From contig CM060734.1 in assembly GCA_030704615.1 (NCBI GenBank), positions 63,364,001 through 63,428,000 of the forward strand: 64,000 nt of DNA, given 5' to 3'. The stretch is from Takakia lepidozioides (lineage: Eukaryota; Plantae; Bryophyta). Each line of letters opens with the position of its first letter. The first letter of the stretch is position 1. The notes under the pieces were generated by a model. It ran no database searches. It worked only from the letters and a program-made list of their open reading frames with translations, and was not told the DNA's origin. Position numbers and translations under genes: made by a program. Below, in pieces: positions 1 through 11,928 of the stretch.

Positions 1-300
1 ACCACTACATCCATGCAAAAAATGGGACAAAAAAAAAATGGAAAAAAAAATAAGTGTGTTTCTAGGGTCACTTTTGCAGAACTCTTTATGAAGAGTGCAT
101 AAAGTTGAAGATAACTCAACTTTGGAGTGCAAATGAGAGAACAAAATCTGGTTATGGGTCCAAATGACTTTTGTTTACTCCCAAATTTTGCATGCACATT
201 GCATATGCTATCATTAACCATATGGCTTGTAAATAGAATAAAAAAAAAGTCATCTGTAGGCGAAACACAATTCTCTATCTCTATGATACGTAGTTGCGTT

Positions 301-386
301 TGTCGTGCGCATACATATCACTACACAACTACATCGCTATCCAAACCACACCACATATATATGCACAATAAAGTAGTCTGCCACAA
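301..386 (-). repeat. Terminal repeat A, outer copy (86 bp)
   Basis: Matches 745-830 with 2 G/A differences. Confidence 0.95.
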
Positions 387-742
387 TGATAAGAAAGCTT
401 GAAAGGACACACACTCTCAACACAAGAAATATGAAATCCCTCAACATCACTCGTTAAAACAGAAGTCGAGCCAGGGGCACCCCAAGCTGTGGGGACTCCA
501 CCCCACAACAACCTACACTCCCATCATGAGCACACTCAGTCCTAAACGATGCAGGAGCTCGGTCGCGCAGGCTCAACTCGAGAGAGATGAGCCACGCGAC
601 TGCCGCTCTCGTGAAGATAAGGCCGTTCAGGTGTCAAACTAAACTTGACACCTGATTTAACACTTGACCTAAATCCAAGTGTTAAATACAAATAACTAGC
701 TTTATTCTAGTTGTTTTCACACTGTGCTTATTTAACTTGACA
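387..742 (-). repeat. LTR-like repeat B, 3' copy (356 bp)
   Basis: TG...CA ends; matches 11928-12283 with 1 mismatch. Confidence 0.97.
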
Positions 743-744
743 GC

Positions 745-830
745 TGTCGTGCGCATACATATCGCTACACAACTACATCGCTGTCCAAACCACACCACAT
801 ATATATGCACAATAAAGTAGTCTGCCACAA
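745..830 (-). repeat. Terminal repeat A, inner copy; directly follows the PPT on the minus strand
   Basis: Joined to B by a GC spacer inside the palindrome GACAGCTGTC (739-748). Confidence 0.95.
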
Positions 831-840
831 TCGCCCCCCT
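831..840 (-). other. Polypurine tract of the MTase-Gypsy element
   Basis: Minus strand AGGGGGGCGA immediately before TTGTGG (start of repeat A). Confidence 0.7.
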
Positions 841-1088
841 AGCTGGTGGGTAGGTCCCTCTACCTCCAGATAGCTACAAGATGTAATAGCCACAGCCGTA
901 CTAAGTCCTCTATCACTGCCCCTATTGCACTCAAACTCTATAGACCAAGAGGCCGGGTACAAGAGTAGCCCCATCGTTAGTAGCCATCTTGCAATCTGTG
1001 AACTTGAGCCAGGACCTCGTGTGTTCAAGGTCTCCTAGTAGCTGGGCCTTGCGTTTCTTGTTAGCTTCCATGGTTGTATCCACTCCCA

Positions 1089-2398
1089 CTATCCAATGCA
1101 ATGTGGACATAACCAATCCCCATCCGGAACCATCTCAAGAGGTGGAGTCAAGCATCCCATATGCCAACCTCTAGAGCATCGATCACACACCAGCATGGTG
1201 GCTGCCCCTTTAGCAGACCCACACAACATGCACCTCAAACCTGCAGATACCACTGCCAGGTTTGGGTCAATCCTGCCATCGACATTCGGAAGGTGACATG
1301 GCGCACAATTACACACATGGTCCTTCCAAGTTATGCCATCCCGACCCTCCAAGACCAAGACGCCTGAAGGCAAGACCTCTCGAACCCTCAAAATAACACG
1401 TCCTGCAGTCACATCCAGGGTCGTAGGAGCAGTCTGCTGCAGATAGACATAGTCACCAGGGTTGAATCTCCGAACCCCAGGACGATAGCCTCCACCACGT
1501 ATGGTAGCATACCTCAACGTATCACGGTGTTGTGCAATGGCAAGGTTCTCGAAAGCCATGGGCATGACTCTCTTGAACAACTCTGCACGCTGTCACATGC
1601 ACGTGCCCACACGTCCGGATCGTCAAGGTTAAGAACTGTAGCAGCTTCTCTGCGAATGGATGTAGGCAAATCCGGCTCTCGGCCAAAGAGAAGAAAGTAT
1701 GGTGAGAAGGAGGCAAGTGATGCTTGCTTGCTGAACCTGTAGCCTATGGCTAACCAGGGTAACTGAAGGTCCCAATCTCCTAGGTGTCCCTTCTGCAAGC
1801 CATACTTGCGCAAACCCCTCTTTACTGTCTGAACAACTCTCTCTGCCAAGCCATCGGCCTCAGGATGATCCCGAGAAGTGGTGCGGTGGTCTATCAAGGC
1901 CTTGTCACACAAAGCCTGAAACTCCCCCAAGAACTCTCTCCCTTGGTCCGTGAGTACCTCAGCTGGAGCACCGAATCGGCTAAGCACACAATCCAAGAAT
2001 GCATACGCAGCTCCCTCACTAGCCTTATCAGGCAATGGAACCAATTCAATCCACTTGGAGAAGTGCTCCACCATCACCAACACGTACTTGTTGTGGCGCA
2101 TGGTCAGTGGCAATGGCCCTGCGAAGTCAAGACTCCACCTGTAGCCCAATCCCATGATCGGAAGAGGGTGCAATTGTGGAGTAGGGGCGTTGAATGAAGC
2201 ACGCACCCTGTCACACACCATGCACCTAGCCACAAATTGTTGCACCTCTGTGTGCATACCACGCCACCAATACTGCCCCTGCAGTAGACTATGAGTGCGT
2301 CGCACCCCAAAATGCCCCAACTCCTCATGGGCATGCCGCACTAACCGTGCCCGCTGTGTTGGGTGAGGCACAATCCTCACTCGACCATCCTCCCACAC
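1089..2398 (-). pseudogene. DDE integrase with C-terminal PHD finger (frameshifted near 1600)
   Basis: HHCC (HAHEELGHF...CMVC); SLDFAGP, LTDQGREF, GLAER; C4HC3 PHD CMLC...VCDRC...WHMGC...WLCPHC at ~1098-1232. Confidence 0.93.
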
Positions 2399-2589
2399 TC
2401 AGAGCAGGTGTGTCCCCTCCCACTTGAACCTCTTGGATCGTTGTAGGATCCGATCCCTCTCCTTGGCAGTCACAGTGGCTGCAGTGTCTCCAGTGCGGAG
2501 GTAGTCCAACACAACTGAATCCTCATGTATATCTTTGGCGCCACCTTGCTCATTGCTGTCCTCAGGGTCCTCAGACACTTGATCTACAG

Positions 2590-4062
2590 TCATCCCTGTT
2601 GCAGGTCCAACCTGGCCTTCCGCTGCCAAGATACACAGAAATGCAGATGCATGCCATCCGGGCACCATCTCCTCGTCCGTCTCACCATGCCACCGAGCTC
2701 CTTGTCATCCTGCTGGCTCGTGCATGGATTGCGACTCAACCCATCTGCATTGCGATTGACCAAACCCGGTCGATGCACCACCTGAAAGTCATACTCTTGA
2801 AGGATGAGTGCCCACCGTGCAAGCTTCCCCGTAAGCTTGTCTGACTCCATCAACCACTTGAGTGGTTGGTGATCCGTGACAAGGGTGAAGAGATTGCCGT
2901 ATAGATAGCACCTGAAGTGTGCCACGGCCCACACTGCAGCTAAGCATTCTCCCTCATATGAGCTATACTTAGACTCTGCAGCATTGTTAGAGCGGCTAGC
3001 ATAAGCCACTACGAACTCTCTTCCCTCATCATCCACCTGTGTGAGCACCGCTCCAAGCCCCAGCATGCTCCAATCTGTATGCAGCTGAAAAGGACGCCCC
3101 CTGATAGGTCGTCTCAAGATGGGCGCCGAGGTCAACCTCGCCTTGAGCTCTTGAAAAGCTCGTTCTTGCTCATATTCCCACTGCCACTCCTGGTCCACCT
3201 TGGTCAGCTTGGTTAGAGCCTTTGCAATGGCACTAAATCCCTTAACAAACCGTCTGTAATAGTTTGCTAACCCCATGAAAGCTCGAACTCGGCTCACATC
3301 CGTGGGGCGTGGAACCTGTGCAATGGACTCTACCTTAGTCTGCTGTACCCCCAATCCTCCAGGATATATCATGTGACCCAGATACTCAATCTGGTTGTGG
3401 AAAAACTTGCACTTGCCCGGATGTAACTTCAATCCGTGCGTCCTCAAGCGCTCAAATACCCCCTGAAGGTGTCTCTCATGCTCCTCCACCGTAGCACTAA
3501 AGATGATGATGTCATCTATGTAGCACCGAGCAAACTCCACCCCTGCTAGAATCCTGTCCATGACTCTTTGAAACTCAGCGGGAGCGTTTTTAAGCCCAAA
3601 TGGTAAGAACCGCCACTGGTATAGGCAATCCTTCCCGTGCTCATTGATCCCCCAGAATGCCGTCTTTTGCTTATCCGCCTCCTTGATCGGCAACTGGTGA
3701 TATCCGGATCGTAAATCCAACGTGCTAAAGACCTTGGAATGCCCAATGGCATCAAAGATCTCCTCTGGTGTCGGCATGGCATACCTATCGGACTTGGTCT
3801 GACGATTTACAGGCCGGTAATCACCGCACATACGTCTCTCCGTCCAATTGCCATAGACATCCTTCTTGGCTGGCATCACTGTGGCTGAAGCATACTCTCC
3901 ACCAGAGAGCTCCACCAAACCTGCCTCCCAGAGATCTTGAGTCCTCATCTGAATCAAAGACCTCTCCATGTCACTGTATCTATAGGGTCTCCGAAAGATT
4001 GGCGTGTCAGTGGCCAACTCAATACGGATCTCTTGACCCTTCAGTGCTCCCAAGTCCTTCAA
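2590..4062 (-). pseudogene. Reverse transcriptase + RNase H of the MTase-Gypsy element
   Basis: RMCGDYRPVN, LDLRSGYHQ, LPFGLKNAP, YIDD; RH LHTDWS...YASR...ECLAAVWAV...TDHQPL...NADGLSR. Confidence 0.96.
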
Positions 4063-4524
4063 ACTGAAGGCAAAGCAATTCCTGTAAGCCCTCAGGAACC
4101 GCCGTATACGTCGTCTCTCTCCTCCGGTGACAATGGGTCCAATGTCAGGCTCCCAATTGTCCTCCGTAACTGCAACCTTAAGTCCAGTGGGCTTAGAGGT
4201 AGAGGACGCGTCCTGTGGTTGCTATGCTGCAACCTCTTGAGCAGTACTCCCTTCCTGCTCAGTCAATGACAAGGCCTCATCCTGCCCCATCATCTCATCA
4301 TTGAGAACCTCCTCATCCCGAGAAGAATCCCCAACCTCATCCATCACAGCTGCCTTGGCTGCCAACTCCCTCTGAACCTCGAGCACCTCCCACGTGTGCC
4401 ATGGATATCTACACCCCGTGGTCCTCACCGGCTCGCCCCCACTCGTTGCCTGTACCGTCTCGGTAGGCAGAGAGACCGTCAAGGGAAGTGCACTCCGCAC
4501 TCTACGTTGCTCAGCCATAGCCAA

Positions 4525-5470
4525 GCTGATAATCCAGGTCAAGCAATTGAGATCCATTGCTTGCCCCAACACCTGACGACGTGATGCCTCAGAAAGAGAA
4601 GGCACCGCCGTGGTCCCAGTGGAAAATCCTATAGCCCGCTCTCGCTCGTCGGCATTAGGCTCCACTAATTGTTGCAACTAGCTATCCCACAAGAGGCCAG
4701 GTCCACCATCCCGAAAAGCATGGGATCCTGGGAAGCTGAGCAGTGTAGGTAATGCTGCTCGTGGTTGACCACCCTGTTGACCACTGCCAAAGGCGAACGG
4801 TCATCGTGTCTCACACGTTGAGACTGCCTCCCTGTGTCCAAAATGCCATCCACGGTGAGGTGTGCTGGCCGTTGCACCCCATCAAATGCACGCTTAAGCA
4901 GTGCGGGTGGCATCAAGTTAGTCCAACAAAGCCGTGGACGTGAGCCCGTGATCCCACTGCAGCTGCATCCAGCAACACTGCTGACCCAAGCCACGACCGG
5001 ACTTGATGCACACTAGCCATCACCCTGGCCCGAGAATCACCCATCAGTGGCACATTCTCCAAGATGTATGCTGGAGATACAGCTTGATGAAGCTGCAAGT
5101 GGCGCAAAACCCGCACCATCTCCCAAAACAGACCCGTCCTCGAGTCTCGCAATCCATTGCCATGCCCGGCTGATGAATGCCCTTGGCAGGGCCAACCTGC
5201 CACTATCAGATCAATGGAGCCAACCTGCTCCAAATCTTGCGCCCCCAACAAGAAAATGTCTGCTGGCAAGGCTTGTTGGTATCCACGAACTGCAGACACA
5301 GGAAACAAGTCAGGGTACTGCTGTACCAACTGAGCCACATGGCGCAGTGAGACGCGTCATGCAGTCTCATCCCTCTCCACATACAGGTAATGCCTTACCC
5401 GCACACCTGCCTGTAGCACAGCAGCTAATCCAGTGCTGATCCCGCCAAACATGTCCAGAAGGCAAATGCC
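4525..5470 (-). pseudogene. C5 cytosine DNA methyltransferase domain (DNMT3-like motif order) inside pol, disrupted by frameshifts and a stop
   Basis: Motif I LDMFGGISTG, II YVERD, IV AGWPCQGHS, VI ILENV, VIII SRAH/RPRLCWTNL, IX ERERAIGF, X RQVLGQAMD; spread over ORFs 5357-6052, 4913-5338, 4665-4994 and 4222-4677. Confidence 0.92.
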
Positions 5471-5849
5471 TTTATCCGGATACTGCCACACAATAGGTGT
5501 GGTATCCAATGGTGACAACTGAGGTGGTCCTGGTGCAATACCTGCACTCTCCTCCTCTCCTGACGGTACAAAAGCCTCTACCCAAGCTTGTTGCACCCGT
5601 CGATCAGCAACCTGCTGCAAATCCTTGCTCGTACCCCAGAATGGAGTGTGAGCAACCATGGCAGGCAACTCCACCATACTATGCATGTCATCCTGCTCTG
5701 TTGGAGGTGGCACATCTTCTGCATGGGCATTGCCTTCCAGCAACTCTCCAGGCCAACTAACTGCAGCTGTAAAGGCGGCTAGTGTTGGCATCTTGCCCCG
5801 TTGGGCAGCCGCAATACCCCCAATGAATGTCATAGGGAGCTGTGCACGA

Positions 5850-6210
5850 CGACCATCCCCTGACTGCCATCCAGGCCTGTAGAATGCTGACTCCTCCCAA
5901 AAGTCCAGGGTGAAGCCCATGGGGTATAACACTGCCCCACCAACGAGGACATCGTAAGAGACCGCGTCTGTCACAATGGCCTTGGCTCGCATGATTGAGC
6001 CATTGATAGGATGATCCGGCTGCAGTCTAATGGCCAACTGATGCCGTGTCATGCCCCGAGCTTACTCTGATCCTCCCAGAGATGTCTATATCTGGAAAGG
6101 ACAAGGCTCCATATCCCCCTCCATGAGGCCCAAACCTGCAATAGCAGCTCTGCCCAACATCAGTGGCTGAGCTCCCGAGTCCAACAAGACCCGCAGTGGC
6201 CGGTACTTCT
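5850..6210 (-). pseudogene. Retroviral-type aspartic protease
   Basis: VLLDSGAQP ... YDVLVGG; in-frame stops at 6086-6088 and 6062-6064. Confidence 0.85.
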
Positions 6211-6899
6211 TGCCTGCCGGTCCACTCAAAGAGAAAATGCCATCCTGGTTGTCTAACAAGACAACTCCAGGTGTCACCATGGCGCGCTCAAAGGCTGGCC
6301 TAGCTGGCAGCTTCGTCAATCTGACAGCTGCAGCTTGCCATGGCGCAGCCGTGGCAGTCTTGACCCTCAAATCCGAGGATCCCTCTGCCACTACACCTTC
6401 CAGTAACTCCGCAGAAGATGAAGTGACCTCCCCACTCTCACAGAGTGTTGCTGCTAGTCTGAACACTGCAGCTGGTCTTACCCCCGGTGTCGCAATCATG
6501 GTTGCCAAGAACAGTGGGGCTTGACACACAGAGGTGGCTGCCCCCAACAACACACCGGCTGCACTAGCCTTGGCAGCAGGTGTCAGTGCTGCACGTGTAG
6601 CTCTCCCCAATGGCATAGAAACCTCCGCCTCGGTAACAGCCGGGCGAGAACTAGGTGCCATGGATGGCGTTGACACTGTCTCCGCCAAGGTGAATGACTT
6701 AGGCAGCCTCGCCTGACGGCTTGCCTCCCCACGTTGTGGATCCAACTCCACCTCTGCACCTCGTGGCTCAGGAACTCGTGCTGCTCCTCGAGTCACGGCT
6801 GCAGCAGACTCCACCTGCTCTAGTGGTAGTGCTGCTCCGCACATGAATCCCATGCCTCCCATATCTCCTCGGAGGTGGACCATCCCGCCTGGGAGCCGG

Positions 6900-8424
6900 T
6901 ACCACCTGAGCTATAGCCATTGCAGCGAGCCTCTGCTCTAGCTGCTGAAGCCGGTTGGCCATGCCTTGATCAACACCCTGACCTCCGCGTCCATGGCCAT
7001 ATTGAGCTTGCCCTTGGCCTGCACCTCGTGCCCGACCACCTCGTCCTCTCTGGGCTGGTCCACCTCGCCCCCGGCCACCATTGTTCCCTTGGAACTGGCC
7101 TGGGCCAACTCAGGATGCAAGTCATAACACTGGGCATCTCCATGCCCATACTTGCCACAATGCCCACACTGCAACTGTGCAGGCTGTGTTTGTGCCGGCC
7201 TTTTGCCACTGTCTGGGCAATCTCTCTTGACATGGGGTCCTCCACATGTCCAACATATCACCCCTGGTTGCTGTTGGCCTGCAAAAGATGCCACGGGCCT
7301 CTGCACCTAAGGTCCCCTGTAAGCTCCATGGAACTTGGGTTGGGAAACCTTGCCCCCCCGCACACCACCGCTCCGCCACGCCTCAGCCCCCGCCTCCCCC
7401 CCGCGCCACCACTCCGCCGCGCCTCAGCCCCACCCTGACCACGCTGTTGGGCAGTCCCTTGTGCCTGTGGGCTGGCAGCTGCGCCTCGTGCAGGCATGTC
7501 CTTGCCAAACCCAATGGTAACAACTCGCTCCTCCACCATGTTGAGCTCAACCCGCTCAGCCAGCAGAAACACATCTGCTAATGTGGGTTGGGCTGCTTGT
7601 AACAGGGTTGCATCCCGCACCCTTCTCTTGAGCTCCTTGTCCAAAATTCCATACCAGAATTGGATTGCCTGAGCTTCAGTAACCCCTTGGGTCACACTTA
7701 TCAAGCGCCTCATACGAGTGTAGGCCTCTCGCAAGCTCTCACTGGGTTTGCGCTGGAAGTCTTGCAAACTTCGTAGCTTCTCTGTCCGTACACCTTGGTA
7801 GTTCCTCCGCAACTCCTGGAACTCCACCACCGGGTTGAATCTAGGCACATGTGTTGTAGTCATGGCAGGAGGAGTAGTAGCAGCTTTTGAACTGGTACCA
7901 CCTGCAGAAGTACCGGCACTACTTGTTCCACTACTAGTGCTGGTAGTGCGAGATATCGGTACTGATGCAGCTACTGGTCGCGTCGTGCCTCGAGTAATGG
8001 AGACGTAGTCAGGTGACCAATACATCCTCCACTCCTCAATCTCTGCTTCATGTCCTCGCCTGAACTCGTGGTAATCGTCCATAGGCGGGCCTTCCAAATG
8101 CTGGAACAGTCCCTTCCACGCCATGAATGGGGTGAATAGCTGTGGATTGCGCATCTGCTGCAAATCACACCAGCTGTCGAACTCCTGGATAAAGTCATCC
8201 AACTCAATTGTGCCTACAGCTCCAGAGTACCTACGAGGCCTCTTGGTAGCTCCATACATCTCCTCCATGTCGTCCCACAACAATGGCGAATGAAACTGCA
8301 CACCTGTTGATGAAGCCTCCGAGTCTGTGTCTGACTCTGCACTAGTTGAGGGTGGCGGTGAAGGTGGTCTGAACCGAATACCTCGTCTTGTGAACCCACT
8401 CTCATTGTTACTGCCTGTAGCCAT
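6900..8424 (-). pseudogene. Gag with two CCHC zinc knuckles (frameshifted)
   Basis: Capsid-like FQRKPSESLREAYTRM...FWYGILDKEL; knuckles CWTCGGPHVKRDC and CGHCGKYGHGDAQC. Confidence 0.85.
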
Positions 8425-9004
8425 ACTCCCCTCAAAACCCTTGGGTAACTCCGTGATGACACTCACAATGTGCACCTCCCCCACGTGACACTATAGGGGT
8501 CTAGTACTAATTCTAATAGTGACACGGGTGGGCACCTGTTGCAGTTTAAGGGTCATATCCCAATGGCTCAGGGCACCTGCACCTGCATCCACCGCAATAA
8601 CTCCTATGGTTGGCTGGTCATCAACCCAGCCTCACCATAGAAGAAACACTGGTGGTCTTGCTGGTCATCACTCCAGCCTCACCACCGACAGCATACTCTA
8701 GGATTGACCGGTGATCAAATCCGGCCTAATCCCTATGAAAGCAAGCGCCCACACAAAACCAACATGGCACACAGTCAAGTATGCAGGTGTTGGGGGGGAT
8801 CCAAACACAAGAAATCAAAACATCAACACCCCCACACCAAAATCCAGCTGCAATGCTGATCCTGCAGAATATCCCAGCCCAAAACCCCGGACTGACTGGC
8901 CTCCGCCAAGAGAGGCTTTGGCAACTACGAGTACAAGGTAATGAAAATAGTACAGAGATGGAGGGGAAGAATAGAAGCCCGCCCAACCAAGATCTAATCC
9001 TGAT

Positions 9005-9754
9005 CTATGCTATCAACTTCCAGACTTCTCTCAAAGTGCCTCGCTCTACATGATGGTAAGGTGTAGGAGGTATATCTATGTCCAGAAACCTGCCACTACC
9101 CTTGTCCCAAGCTACAGTAGCTCGCTCTAACCAACCCTCCTCCTCTTTCTGCCAGGTAGAGACAAAGTAATACTCCCATATCTCCCGCTCACTGAACATT
9201 AAAGAAAATAAAGGTAGGGTCTGATAGTCTCTCAACTCGAAAGCTTTGAGACGGTTGCGGGTGTCCTCATTGTGAATGACTGCATCTCCTTCAAGTAGCA
9301 CAAACTTTTCATTGCTAATGAACCCCCGCTCGTGGTTGCCTCGTGTAGAGTGTGTCCGGCTGCAACCATGTCTGATTGCACAAACTTGTGTAGCTCCTGC
9401 TCCTCTGCTCCAGTACACCACGGCCTTGTGGCTGAACACATTTGTCCCCGGGGCTGACTTTGGATGTGTTCCAAGCCTAGCTTTCACCCACTTTGGTATT
9501 TCACTTACAGCTGCAGAACTGCTGGCTCCAACAGAGTTCTGACTGTCCAAAGCGATATTGAGGCCCTCAACGCCAACTACAGCAGTCTGTTGTCTACTGC
9601 TAATGCTTGACTCCCAGTATGCAATCAACTCGTCCAACTGTTCTTCACTCAAATCAATCTGAGTTCCTTGGGAAACATAAATCCTGTCCCCTTGTGTGCA
9701 CAGGCTAAGAGAAGAGACCTGCCCTTCAATTACGTCCTCATTTCCCCCAGCCAT
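9005..9754 (-). CDS. Extra upstream ORF (249 aa, unknown function) of the MTase-Gypsy element
   Basis: Uninterrupted ATG-started ORF, co-oriented with gag, protein-like composition; no family recognised. Confidence 0.55.
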   Translation of the reverse strand: MAGGNEDVIEGQVSSLSLCTQGDRIYVSQGTQIDLSEEQLDELIAYWESSISSRQQTAVVGVEGLNIALDSQNSVGASSSAAVSEIPKWVKARLGTHPKSAPGTNVFSHKAVVYWSRGAGATQVCAIRHGCSRTHSTRGNHERGFISNEKFVLLEGDAVIHNEDTRNRLKAFELRDYQTLPLFSLMFSEREIWEYYFVSTWQKEEEGWLERATVAWDKGSGRFLDIDIPPTPYHHVERGTLREVWKLIA

Positions 9755-10238
9755 ACAAGGAGGACATCCACAGATTTGTCTCTCAAATAGACCAAAATTG
9801 GTTCTAGAAACAGAATTGTGGATCTTTCACGACACACTCACACTCTAAAAATTCCATAGATTTTTAGCAGAGTCCCAAAAACAGAAACCAGGTCTAGATA
9901 GGTAGATTTCCCCTTTCTGCAGCTATCCCCTCAAAACTGAGTCAAACAGAGCTCATTTGACAAAGATATGACCAACCAGGCTCTTTAAACATTTAAATTA
10001 GATAAAAAAGGCCCCCCCTTTTTTTTTTAACACCAAAACGTTTTTGCCATTACAACCTGTTCCCAGGTTATCTACGGGTTCCCGAGGCCGTTCCCCTCCA
10101 GGCTTCTCCAGGCACCAAGAGCTCATTAACTCCAAAACTCGACCTCAATTGGGTGGGGTATCACACCCTGGAGGCGATTTGCTTTTCTCTGCGCGTGGGC
10201 CTGCCTCCTCGAGCTTTTAGGACGGCAAGGCAGCAGCC

Positions 10239-10350
10239 ATGTTTACAGCACGCAGGAAGATTCAGAAGGAGAAGGGGCTCGAGCCTGATGAGTTTGAAGA
10301 GGCTGTAGCCCATGCCTTATTCGACCTAGAGACTACAAACCAGGAATTGG
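10239..10350 (+). pseudogene. RPS7: Captured N-terminal fragment of 40S ribosomal protein eS7
   Basis: [37 protein letters not shown] matches the plant eS7 N-terminus; similarity is lost after ~37 codons. Confidence 0.85.
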
Positions 10351-11911
10351 GGCGATTTCAAGAGCAGATGCACTGCGCAGCACCTTCATGGCTTATGGAC
10401 AGGCAGCCTGCTGTAATGTGGTCGTCTTTGCATGGAATCCAAGGCCAAGACCAGCTTGAAGTTCCATCAACTTGGTCTAATTCGCATCTCTCGCCAGCGA
10501 TTATTGTTGGCTTACAATGGTTTCCGCCTTCCTGTTACTGCTCGTGTTTCTTCAGTGTGCAATTTACAGGTCAGGGATCGGCGACAACAGGCACCAGATT
10601 GCCCCGTCACCACCCCCACAAGGCACAGACAACTTCACTGCCAGGAAAAAGAAAGTGAACCATGCTCAGCATGCAGACCCAAGGCCTGGGTCCATCTGCA
10701 TCAGCTCCAGTATAAGAGAGACAATCATACAGTTATCAAGTCTCTACAGGAATTTGCGATTGCCTCAGTAAAGTGGAACTCAATCTGCAGCCTCCTTCCG
10801 CCGCCTCTCCATCAACCCTTGGAGGCTCTTGTCCGCTGGCCTCATCCGTCAGCATTGCTTCTCCTGCTACGAGTCTTCGCATTTCCTCCCCTGCTCGCCT
10901 GTGCAGAAGTAAGTACCCTTGACGCCGAAATGACAGTAGAGGCAAGTGATCAGTTGGAAGTGTTCAATGATGAGACAAGTAGAGCTGGAGCTCCCTTGAC
11001 CTGTATCGCCACAATCTTGGACTCGGGCAGTGTGCTGAGTTGAAACCTGGGTTGTGAACCACCATTCGACTTTCCACCAGTTTCCACCTCAAAATGGTGG
11101 AACCAAGGTGCAAGGCAGCAACAGCTACTTGGTTTTGTACAAACCTGAAGCACTTTTTTAAAAAAACGACTTTGCACCTTGCACTCCCTGAAATCAACAA
11201 TTCCCCCAACAACCCTTTTTGTCAGAAAGTTGGTTGCTTATGCAGATAATCGACCAGGTGAAAGCAGCTTTCCCAGCCACAATCACAAGTAGCATGAAGA
11301 TTTGTGAGACTCCTGGTTTTGCAGTGTTGATGATATGCCAGCAATGGGCTCCCCGTTCTCCATCGCTTTGCTGCTAGGCTTTCTCTCTCGGGGCCTGCAC
11401 CTTCAATCAGCTCGCTGCGCCGTGCTCTACCTACCGGCGCTGCATTTACTGGAGGAAGCGGATTTACAGCTCCTCCTTCAATAGGCTCCGCTACACCAGC
11501 TCCACCTGCTCTTCCGCTGCCTTTCCTGACCGCTTCTGGTCTGTCCTGGTTTGAATTTAACACTGGTCTGTGCACATCGAACTAAGGCGAGCAGCCCGGC
11601 CATCTCCAGGCACGGAAGTTCTACCCATCTGCTCGATCACAGGCTCCTCCTTTAAGTCTCGCACTTGGTCAGTTTCCCAACGGCCAATCGCTGCTACTCC
11701 GCGATGTCTCCTCACCGACCAAAACAAAGGCTGCTTCCATGCAGTGTAGCTCCATCATGCCCGGCGGCCTCATGCCAGAACCAACGCTGATCGAAACCTG
11801 CATATTTTGTTTTTGTTTTTTTTTTTAAGCTTCTAAAACTAAGCACTACTTACACACAGGTAATCGTACAAGTGCTAACCCTCAACTCCTACCTTGCACT
11901 CACAGGTAAGA

Positions 11912-11928
11912 GCTCATCTCTCTCGAGT
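11912..11928 (-). other. Primer-binding site complementary to the element's own LTR (self-priming type)
   Basis: GCTCATCTCTCTCGAGT (11912-11928) is the exact reverse complement of 12117-12133; no TGG-type tRNA PBS present. Confidence 0.8.

Noticed and set aside
3-20. CACTACA at the window start as the left CACTA TIR
   Set aside because: Diverges from the right TIR after 7 nt, flank does not fit the ACA TSD, and no subterminal array follows.
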